A DNA stretch of 64,000 nucleotides from an uncultured virus (IMG/VR IMGVR_UViG_3300032093_000098). Its lineage: Duplodnaviria > Heunggongvirae > Uroviricota > Caudoviricetes. Where the stretch lies: the IMG/VR virus record IMGVR_UViG_3300032093_000098. The stretch is one strand, 5' to 3'. This document shows positions 47,601-55,900 of this stretch, one piece after another. Numbering within the stretch: position 1 is the first letter of the stretch; every line of letters starts with the position of its first letter. The position numbers and the translations under genes are program-made. Below the pieces are notes generated by a model. That model was not told where the DNA came from. It did no database searches and saw only the letters and a program-made list of their open reading frames with translations.

Positions 47601-50600
47601 ATCAAAAAGACCAAACAAGGATATCAGGTGAAGTCGGAAAAGGGCAAGAACCTGTCACAACCCAACCTGTCGAAAGCACAAGCGAAGAAGCGCCTGCAAC
47701 AGGTGGAGTTCTTCAAGCACAAGAAGAAATAGACTCTGTAAGACAGCGGATAAATGCAATTGAAGCCGCAAGAAGAGAGGGCAGAATCCTTGAAGATGAA
47801 AAGCCTAATGAATTAAAGGGACTTAAGGCAAGGGAAAAAGAATTATTGTCCCAAGAGACCAAACCGTCTGGACAAAAATTAACCGTTGGAAGCAAAATTC
47901 AATGGGACGTATTCGGCAATGAATCAATGAATGAATGGACTGTTGCTGAAGAAACTACAACTAAAGGCGGACAACCAGCGGTAAGGCTTACTCGGTTTAT
48001 AGAACAGGGCGTTGCCGAAGGCGGCGGAGTTGCGGGGTACACTCAAGAACATATTGTGCCAATCGCTGACTTGCAAGGCAAGCCGGCCGCCGAAGCCGCC
48101 CCCCAAACACAAGGGCAAGAAGAAGTAATAGCTCCACAAGCAACAGAAGAAGCCGCTCCAAAGACCGAAGAAAAACCAACCCGTAAGACTCGACTCGCCA
48201 AATTATTTGAGGTATCCGAAGGAGAGGAGGCCGTGCCAGCAATTGAGCAGGCCCTTTCTGAAACCGGCATAAAGGTAGAAGTTATGGACGATGCCGAATA
48301 CAACGAGGACAATCGCATAAAAGACAGTCAAGGTCGCGGTTCAGAAGGTATGTTTGTGGCTGATGACGGAACGATTATCTTAAACCGAGATAAGATTAAG
48401 GGCGAATGGGGTAAAACTATCGTGTTCCACGAAGGTATTCACCCCGTGGTAAACATCATTCGCAACACTGATCCGAAACGATACAAGGCAATCGTGGAAG
48501 GACTAAAGGCAGAAGCTGCGAGGAACAACGATGTTGCCAGAGTTGCTGCCGACATTGCTGCTTCTGAAGAGTATCAAAGAAGAGGTCCTGAGAGTATTGA
48601 AGACGAGACCGTTGTTGAAACCATGGCTCGCGTGGCTACAGGGGATGTCAATATCGATAAGTTTGAACCTACCTTCCGCGAGAAGTTCATTGAATTCATG
48701 AACGACATAGCTAAGGCACTTGGATTGAGACCTATCCTCACAAATTCTCCACGAGTTGAGGTGAAGCGTTTGGCTGATCAGATCAACAAAATGTTGAATG
48801 AGGGCGGTAAAATTAGCGATGTTGTAGGGAAGAAAAATGTAGGTGAATTTCAGAACAAGATAACTTTAACCGATACAAACTCTGTTTTTTCAAATACAAG
48901 CTCTCAAGCCAGATTTGAAATGAAGTTTTTGGAAGACTCTGAAGACTTTACCAAATTAATAGAAGAAGGGCGCGTAGTTCATAACGCAAGTTTAGATGAC
49001 ATAAACGGAGAAACTGTTGTTATTCATAATCCGGATAACTTTTCAACTGGAGAAATAAAGTTCAGAGGAAAGGATCTTGTGAAGGGCGAAGGTGGTGTTT
49101 ACTTTGTTTTGCTGTACGATGATGTATGGGCCTCTGGTAAAAAATCAAGTGCTTCGCAATTAGCTTCTTTGATAAATGAGTCATTACAAAAATCAACTGA
49201 TGGTAAAGGTCGATTAGTTCTGGTAAAAGGAGACGCAAGCAAGAATTTAACAAGTGTAAAGGGAGCCAAGGCTCTTATGGGTGTTATGGAGATATTGGCG
49301 GATGATGGATTGATTCCGCTAAGTGCTTTTAGAAAAGCATTGAACATTGCCGGAAAGAAGTACGGTATCAATTTCGACGGAAGAAACGATGCTAAATCTA
49401 TCCACAAGGATATTCAGGATAAATTTATGAATGTATCCAATTCATCTTTCGAAAGAAGAGGTGATTTCGTTCGTGATGTAATTGATGCCATAGCCAATCA
49501 AAATGTATTGTCCAAGGAGGCTATAGCGGAAATCGCTGAATCTATTGGAGCTAAAAGGAAAATGACCACGTTCTCTAAGGCGAGCATCCTTGATTCTGTT
49601 GCGTATGCGACCAGCGAAAGGATGCTCAGAGATATTCCTAATTCTCATGTATACGCTGTAATAGAAACGTCTTCAAAAGTAAAGCCTGAATTTGTAGGCA
49701 AGCATGAGTCTTACCCATGGCATATAGTTACTGAGGACGGAAGCAAACCTATTCTTTATATACTTAAGGACAGACCATTCTATAACGATGCATTTGTAGC
49801 CGCTAAAAGCACTGAGAAAGTAAAAGAAGGGGAAAGATTTGGTGACGTAAGCCGTGCTGGATTGGCTCAAAGAGGCATGGGGCTTGCTAAAGTGGAAACG
49901 AAACCGACTGGCCAACCGTCCAAGGGCATCAAACGCGGCAGAAACTTAGTCAAGGACACCTACTACGAAGCCGGCCTGACCGAAGACAAGAATGACTATG
50001 TATTCTTCCATGTATCGTCAGCTCCCAAGGCTTCGATTATGAAGGGTATTGATAGTACCAAGTATACCTCGCTTAGAACGGCAAGAGAAGAGAAGGGCCT
50101 ACAATATGGTGTTGCCTCTTATTACACTCGTCCGGAAGATGGAGAAAGAATGGTGGGTGGTGAAAAGTATGCGGTTCGCGTACCTAAGGGCAAGGTTTAT
50201 CCTATCGATTCCGATCCAATGGGATACGGAGAAAAGGCTGAGGAAAATGTACCACAAGGTACACCATTCCGTGGAGAGGCCGTGAAGCGTGAGATCGCAG
50301 ACATGGCTAAGAAGGATGGATACCAAATGATTGTTGGCGAGTGGTCTTACAGCCGCACTGGAAAGCCAGCAGGAGAGATTCCTGAGTTCCGCGCAGACGC
50401 ACTTGTGCCACTCAAGCCTACTGCCGAGAAGCCAACGTCGTTCACATCAAACGCCGAGAAGGGCATGGAGAGAATTCCGTTCCCAAGTCAGCAGAGCGAA
50501 CAGGCTAAGCAGGAACTTGAGAACATCGCCTCTGAGGTGCGTGATATTATGTCGAGCAAGAAGAAGTTCTCAAGCAAGGAATACCAGCTTGCCGACAGCG

Positions 50601-52441
50601 TTTACATGAGCGGTCAGGTTACGGAAAATAAGTACGAAGACAACGAATTCAAGCGCGACATCACTCCAGAAGAGTACGACATGATGACCAAAGTTCTTCC
50701 TAAGAATATGCAGGAAGACGCAGCCCGTGTGCGTGGACTGTTGTTCGGTGGTAAGAAAAAAGGACAGGCTTCTAAGGGTATTCCAAGAACATCTAAAGAG
50801 TTCGCAGGGAATGTGGGAGAGACGATCGACCGCATCAAGGCTGCAACATCGGAGGACGGGGCAACGCTCAACCTCGATGGTACAACTTACGAAGACGGAG
50901 GTCTTGTGGTTCCTGCCGGTTCATTGAACGTGGCCCAGGATGAGGTTACTGCCGAGGGCTTGTTTGACTTCTTGAAGGACAACGAGGAGAATATTTCCAG
51001 CGACATATTCAAGATTGGACTTTACAAGTTCCCAGACCGTCCAGAGGTTTCTTATGACTTGAACATCGTGATTCCAAGGGAGTACCGTGATGTGGCCTTG
51101 AAGTTTGGTGAGTTATCTGGACAGGAATCACTGTTTGACCTTGACACATTCGAGAACATCAAGACCGGATCGGACGGTAAGAATCCACGCAAATTCACGG
51201 CCCAAGAGCTTGCTGAGATTGCTAAGGATTTGTCTGAGGGCAGACTTCCAAAGATTGTTGGAGGCAAGGGACAGCCATCAATGATGAAGCGTACTCCAGC
51301 CTTGGCATCCGTAGAGAGTACGGCTAAGGCGTTGGGAGGGATGAAGGATGACGCTGAAAATATATTTAGTAAATACAAAATACAAGGGTATGGTAGTAGA
51401 TTTACATATCCAAACAAGATAAATATAAGCAGAATATCTGATTTAGAGTATCTAAAAGAATGGGTAAAGGGCGTTAACCCTAATTTGGATATTGATTTTG
51501 AAAAAAATGACCCCGAATATAGGAGTATCGCAGACAAGCAGATTGATTGGAATATAAAAGAGCTTTCAAGCATACTTAGTAATGCAAAAAATAAGGGTTA
51601 TATTATTGGCAAGAGGGTAATAAATACGGATGGTACTCCAATAGATATAAAAAACATAGGTCATTCTTTTTCGGTAGATGATTCTAATTTGCCGTCTTTT
51701 GGTAATTCCGATAAGTTAAAAACAAAAACAACTGTAAAAATACCATTTGAGGCTATAAATTTAGAGGCTACCACTGATAGGTTTGCGTATTATGGTAACT
51801 CGGAGTATGAGATTGTTGTTAAGCCTAATGAAAAACTTGAACTATTAAAGTACGAAGAAGTGGACAGAAGTAATAGATATGCTTCTAAGCCAATAACAGA
51901 AAAAGAAATCTCAAGTGGTTTCTATAGAATAGAAAAACAAGTCTCCGAAGCCTACCACAAAGCCAAAGCAGACGGCAGCAATCCTGAACTTGTAAAAGCA
52001 GTAGAAGATTTAATCGGCAAGCCAAAACAAGGACAGCCATCAAGACTAAAGCGCACCCCAGCCCAAATCAGACAAGCTGTAGAAGATGGGGTAGATGCAG
52101 TTGAAGCAGCGATCGCTGAGAGCATGGATCCACAGCAGGCCGTTGACGAGAACATCTCAAACCAGGAATGGTACGGTGATTTGAGTGCTGCCCAGAAGGA
52201 ACAGTTGAATGAAATCCTTCAAGATGAGTTCGGCGCATCAGTTAGGGAGAAAAATGCCGTCAACGACAAGGCCAGGGCGGTGTCTGATTTGTGGGCGGAA
52301 GGAAGCCGCGAATCTAAGAAGAGAATAACTGATATTTTGGAAGATGAGCCTGAGCTTTCGTACATTTACGCCAATTATCCAAAAATACTAAAACAGCTTG
52401 AGTCGGCTGGGTTGATAACAAAAACAGACGGATGTCCATGA
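44660..52441 (+). CDS. Giant internal virion (polyvalent) protein
   Basis: 2593 aa; Gly/Ala hydrophobic segments, HEGIH zincin motif (48428-48442), GQ[PA]S-delimited modules. Confidence 0.75.
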   Translation: MAVPANVKYYEYLKSKKLDVPPTYDSFQKTLSDKEKAMKYYSYLSSKKSQGMDVDIPASFDSFYNTLNPKGASSEVGAASGEDLNAPQQPSAPSFTGAKGMKPRGIQPALKQEAEKPRPTKPYQDIMPKMEEAPSETTQAAVPAPISFAEQEQEKANESIRRGYLPSNPAIVNDRVISEVEKVREEEGMEPIEDVLSRRVALNQIDDVMETFGLSSEQVDDYMENSARDIDSMALDQITQAAGMDSEFLEYKKSLKTGDAISPIYQGRMRESQKKVFDAAMGDYWNFLARSNYGAYKDNKDKYDALKAKTAEERTTEDERWLKLTEDRATALYSAAAKKEAIGLKDNISQKLKSVAGVDYGKYLSATKDFNAKASALEKEHAAGKINDQQYEEKYNAAYDELEAIKRDSGVNDSTMATLNEIDDLTSKYGRTLLKDVAVKTSGFSETRSYDKWLEELEEKKRNSEDYERLWKESGAFGKAVLGGYEFTRKLGGSVFNSAMDVAGGLVRVLDAADAKGLYQGVGYDFSDQMYDKIMNMKAVTESKRFDADADSVLYNLADMTGNGFGSVVAFGLGGSAALALKAPAAAGTFVTGYLMAESSTYQELMDSGVVSSQEATLISNAVAPVVASIELLVPDSKVIQGYVRPAIRAAVVQGKPLLKAVDESLQTYAKSFGKEAFEEGLGYVGEVSAKNIVDAVGGYDYFNQEFSLKDLVINSLGGGLTGGLMNFFSYSSTPSPVKERAVLEMAENGQQIIDSHKNERTISDLRTTLSKPMEDLRGLKAHPNWNNLDRSKQARVFSISQQIRSLEESSVQDPIVKAQVGRLKAEQQEILSLGANGMDAKAVGVSTDKQRVFIGDQQAFFYINEDGDYEIEYNDGRSVVVSKGEGAAEKVRAMGIRADDGEVAAMNKENQNTLITPRLERGATVDYNGKNATVNSYKEKDGKVVYVNLTTEDGRTLQIREGQAGVGQELLNNLNNLPYDQKDQTRISGEVGKGQEPVTTQPVESTSEEAPATGGVLQAQEEIDSVRQRINAIEAARREGRILEDEKPNELKGLKAREKELLSQETKPSGQKLTVGSKIQWDVFGNESMNEWTVAEETTTKGGQPAVRLTRFIEQGVAEGGGVAGYTQEHIVPIADLQGKPAAEAAPQTQGQEEVIAPQATEEAAPKTEEKPTRKTRLAKLFEVSEGEEAVPAIEQALSETGIKVEVMDDAEYNEDNRIKDSQGRGSEGMFVADDGTIILNRDKIKGEWGKTIVFHEGIHPVVNIIRNTDPKRYKAIVEGLKAEAARNNDVARVAADIAASEEYQRRGPESIEDETVVETMARVATGDVNIDKFEPTFREKFIEFMNDIAKALGLRPILTNSPRVEVKRLADQINKMLNEGGKISDVVGKKNVGEFQNKITLTDTNSVFSNTSSQARFEMKFLEDSEDFTKLIEEGRVVHNASLDDINGETVVIHNPDNFSTGEIKFRGKDLVKGEGGVYFVLLYDDVWASGKKSSASQLASLINESLQKSTDGKGRLVLVKGDASKNLTSVKGAKALMGVMEILADDGLIPLSAFRKALNIAGKKYGINFDGRNDAKSIHKDIQDKFMNVSNSSFERRGDFVRDVIDAIANQNVLSKEAIAEIAESIGAKRKMTTFSKASILDSVAYATSERMLRDIPNSHVYAVIETSSKVKPEFVGKHESYPWHIVTEDGSKPILYILKDRPFYNDAFVAAKSTEKVKEGERFGDVSRAGLAQRGMGLAKVETKPTGQPSKGIKRGRNLVKDTYYEAGLTEDKNDYVFFHVSSAPKASIMKGIDSTKYTSLRTAREEKGLQYGVASYYTRPEDGERMVGGEKYAVRVPKGKVYPIDSDPMGYGEKAEENVPQGTPFRGEAVKREIADMAKKDGYQMIVGEWSYSRTGKPAGEIPEFRADALVPLKPTAEKPTSFTSNAEKGMERIPFPSQQSEQAKQELENIASEVRDIMSSKKKFSSKEYQLADSVYMSGQVTENKYEDNEFKRDITPEEYDMMTKVLPKNMQEDAARVRGLLFGGKKKGQASKGIPRTSKEFAGNVGETIDRIKAATSEDGATLNLDGTTYEDGGLVVPAGSLNVAQDEVTAEGLFDFLKDNEENISSDIFKIGLYKFPDRPEVSYDLNIVIPREYRDVALKFGELSGQESLFDLDTFENIKTGSDGKNPRKFTAQELAEIAKDLSEGRLPKIVGGKGQPSMMKRTPALASVESTAKALGGMKDDAENIFSKYKIQGYGSRFTYPNKINISRISDLEYLKEWVKGVNPNLDIDFEKNDPEYRSIADKQIDWNIKELSSILSNAKNKGYIIGKRVINTDGTPIDIKNIGHSFSVDDSNLPSFGNSDKLKTKTTVKIPFEAINLEATTDRFAYYGNSEYEIVVKPNEKLELLKYEEVDRSNRYASKPITEKEISSGFYRIEKQVSEAYHKAKADGSNPELVKAVEDLIGKPKQGQPSRLKRTPAQIRQAVEDGVDAVEAAIAESMDPQQAVDENISNQEWYGDLSAAQKEQLNEILQDEFGASVREKNAVNDKARAVSDLWAEGSRESKKRITDILEDEPELSYIYANYPKILKQLESAGLITKTDGCP
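47598..47732 (+). CDS. Overprinted 44-aa basic protein in the +1 frame of the giant ORF
   Basis: MIKKTKQGYQVKSEKGKNLSQPNLSKAQAKKRLQQVEFFKHKKK; AT-rich leader AATTATTAAATAATTTAAATAATCTACCTT. Confidence 0.6.
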   Translation: MIKKTKQGYQVKSEKGKNLSQPNLSKAQAKKRLQQVEFFKHKKK

Positions 52442-52938
52442 TTAAAAAACTTGACAAAAAGGTTGTAGATCTTCTTCTCCCTCGGATGAAAGATGAATAC
52501 AGCGCATTTTACTTTTATCGCGCCGCCAGCAATTGGTGCCAAGGGGTTGGCTTTTTTCAAGCCGCCAAGTTTTTTGCCGCTGAGTCGCAGGACGAGCTTG
52601 AGCATGCAAAGAAAATTGAAAAATACATCACCGATTGGAACGTAATCCCGGAACTGCCGACTGTAAATCGCCCGCAGATTGAGTTTTCGGGCATCATGGA
52701 GGTGTTGGAAGAGGCTTACAAGCTTGAATACGACCTGTACGAGGCTTACGAAGAAACGTCTAAGAAGCTTTTTGAGATTGATCTGTGCGCGTTTGATTTT
52801 CTCCAACCGTTGCGATTGATCCAGAACGATTCCGTATCCGAGTATAGCGACAAGCTGAACCTGCTCGAAGGAGTAGACGTTGCCGATAAGTTCAAAGTTT
52901 TATTGTTGGAAGAAAAGTTGTTTTCCGTAAATGGCTAA
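52438..52938 (+). CDS. Non-haem ferritin (FtnA-like)
   Basis: E..A...Y...NW..G..AAKFF..ES.DE.EHA.K..Y; LE; FDFL..Q; ATGA overlap with the upstream stop. Confidence 0.85.
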   Translation: MIKKLDKKVVDLLLPRMKDEYSAFYFYRAASNWCQGVGFFQAAKFFAAESQDELEHAKKIEKYITDWNVIPELPTVNRPQIEFSGIMEVLEEAYKLEYDLYEAYEETSKKLFEIDLCAFDFLQPLRLIQNDSVSEYSDKLNLLEGVDVADKFKVLLLEEKLFSVNG

Positions 52939-55900
52939 TCCTTGCAAAATAACATACACACCCAAGGGAGGGAATCCGCGAGAATATGACTATGCCGAAT
53001 TCATGACCGCCCTTAAGGACGGTCTTTTTGCTGAATTAACAAGGTCAGGCGCGATAAACCCAAATGCAATGAAGGGCGAAAACCCATTTGTTGCCACCAA
53101 ACAAAAGCCAAGCCCAAAACAAACGGCTCAGGATCGAGCCGTGCAGAGCATGCATGAGTTCATGAAGGACGGGATAAGTGCGGCCTACGGGGATGTCAAA
53201 GGAGGCGCTTACGCGTCAAGAGCAAGGGAGCAGCGCGGGATGAAGGATAAGGATTACGTCTCTTATAATCAGGACTCGTTAAACCTTCTTGGTCAGCAAA
53301 AGTTTCAAGAGCTTCTTGACAGATATAATTCGGGAGAAAAGGACGTGTTCGATACGGTTCTCGAGGCCATGGACAACATGACCGATAGAGAGAGAAAGAA
53401 TTCTCCGGTGCTGAGTCCGCTTTATAGTGTGGTGCTGACTAAAGCTGCCCACCATTTCTTTATGACTGGCAACATGGCTGCGGCTAATAAGATATACAGC
53501 GAACTATCGGCATCCCTTTCAGCAAAGGGTCAGGACATATCAACCGCCAGCGCACTATCTGCGCCCGAGCAATTGGCAAATAGATTGATGTTTGAGGATA
53601 CAGGCCGCCAATCATTTTTGAATCGGGTAATATCCGGGGAAATGACCATTGGAGAAGCCATATCGGAAATAATTGCCATTGCAAGACTTGACCGAGATCA
53701 GGTAACCAGCATCGTTGCAAGGGTGGTCCCGAAGGTTGGTAAAAAAATCGTCGTCCCAACAAAAAGCAAGCAGTCCGATAAAAGAAGGGCAGAGGTTCAG
53801 GCGATTAAGGACATTCTTGATAAAATGAAGTCCGGACAGCCTTCCGCAATGAGAAGAGGAGGGCAACCATCCCCTTCTCGTCAAAACAGGATCCCCGCAG
53901 AGATAATTCCTCACATTGAGGAGCTCGCGAGGTCTTATGCGGAAGACGGTGCTGTATCGGTTAATCAAATAAAGTCAAGAGTGTGGGCGAACCTGAAGGG
54001 GCTGATACCTGGGTACAAGACAGATGTTGATGAGCTTATCGACCAGGCTGCCCAATCGCTTGAGTCAACCATAAAGTCAAACAAGAAGGCTTCCTCCGAG
54101 GCTCGACTCATTAGTGCGCTCGAGGGGGTCATTGACGATATGGATGCTTCTCGAAAAAAGGCGGTAAAAATACTTTCGGACATGATTCTGGAGAATGATC
54201 CGGGATATGTTGCCGCCAGAAGCAGGGGCGAAAAGGTAAAGGCAAGAGAAAGGCTTCAAAAAATTCTTGCCAACAAAACAGAGGCTGTTGGCATTTTATC
54301 ATCCGCAAGAGCGATAGCAGAGGCTCAGATCATGGGTAATGAAAATATCGATCCCGCAACAAAACAGGCTATCATAAACGGGATTGATGACATGGTTTCC
54401 GATATTCTTGATATGCCCGTTGGCAAATCTGAACTCAGAGCCGCGAGCTCGGCTCTTTCCGACGAATCTGTTAAGGACGCCATAATCGATATCGCCATAA
54501 AGCATTACGGAGACCCGCAGCCGGGTATAGAAAATCTTGCCGCCCAACTCGTGTCAGACCTTGGTGTGGATCCCGCTTATGCAAATGAATTGCAGCAGCT
54601 TCTTCAATCAGAGATTGCTGACGCGGTTTCCAAGAAAATGGACAAGGAGGCCGCGAGGATTGATCGGATTGTCGGCAACGTTCTCGCGGGGAAAGAAGTG
54701 AGAAAAGCGGTTGTTAACGCCATTACTAAAGGGGAGCTCACCGACACCATGCTTGGAGATGCCTTGATGAACGCCCTTGATTATAGGGGTTTTTCAGCAA
54801 AGGATATTGAAACTCTCAGAAACTATTTCACAAGACTTCAGCAACTAACCCCTGGAGAAGAGCTTTATCAGCAGATAAATCGATATATTAACGACGTTCT
54901 TTCCGATTACGACGAAACCACTGCGGCAATGATCGGCAGGTGGCTTACGGAGCAGATGTATATTTCCGCCCTCTCAAGCGTTATGAATACAGCCGTGATG
55001 GCATCTGGTGTTGGAGCCGTTGTGTCAACTATCCAACACGGGATTTTTACAGCCATAATGAATCCATCGAGAATGGCAAGAGCACTAAAGCATGCGCGGA
55101 GTATGAGGAAGGCTAAGGCAACAATGGGATGGGAGACTGTTGCTGCAAAATGGAGCAAGCCAGAGTCTCAATTTGGCGAAACCACCCTACTGGAGAGACC
55201 GGAAGAAAAGTCTCACGGGGCGGTTGTCAGGGTTACCCAGAAGACGTTTGCTCAAATATTCGAAGACATCGCAAAGGCCAAGGGGAATAGAAAAGGGTAT
55301 TTTATCGCTCAGGCAGTATTGAAGGCGATCAATCATTCTGTTACCATGTCGGGTGCAAGAAAAAGAAAGTGGATGCCGTCTTTTTCTCAAATATCTATGA
55401 CTATGATGTCCGCCCAGGATATTTTAATGGGGGGCTTCTTGCAAGACATGTACTCCTACATCGAGGCTGATCGTTATGTCCATAATTTGAATCGCTTATC
55501 AGGAGTTCCTATGAAGAAGGGCACGGAGGCGTGGAGCCAGTATAAGAAGGCTAAATTGGACGAGATCCTGTCTGCCGGTTCGGGCGCTATTGAAAAAATG
55601 CAACTTGAGGTGGAAGAAGAAGCTATGGATTTAATTCGAAAGGGAGAGGAATTACCGAAGGGGTGGAGAAGGCGTCGTCTCAGGGACAAGATTCATAAAG
55701 CCATGCCAGCGGAGGTTGTAAACGAGATGGCTCATCAGGCTAAAAAAGCGCTTTTGCTTCAGAAACCGGAGACATCTCTCGGGGCATGGATTTTTGACGG
55801 GGTCTCTCGGGCGCAGGGCATCAAGGACTCGGACAACGCAGGAAGAGTGTTTGGCAAGACTATACTGAACATGACCCTTGGCTTCATGCGTCTAAACATC

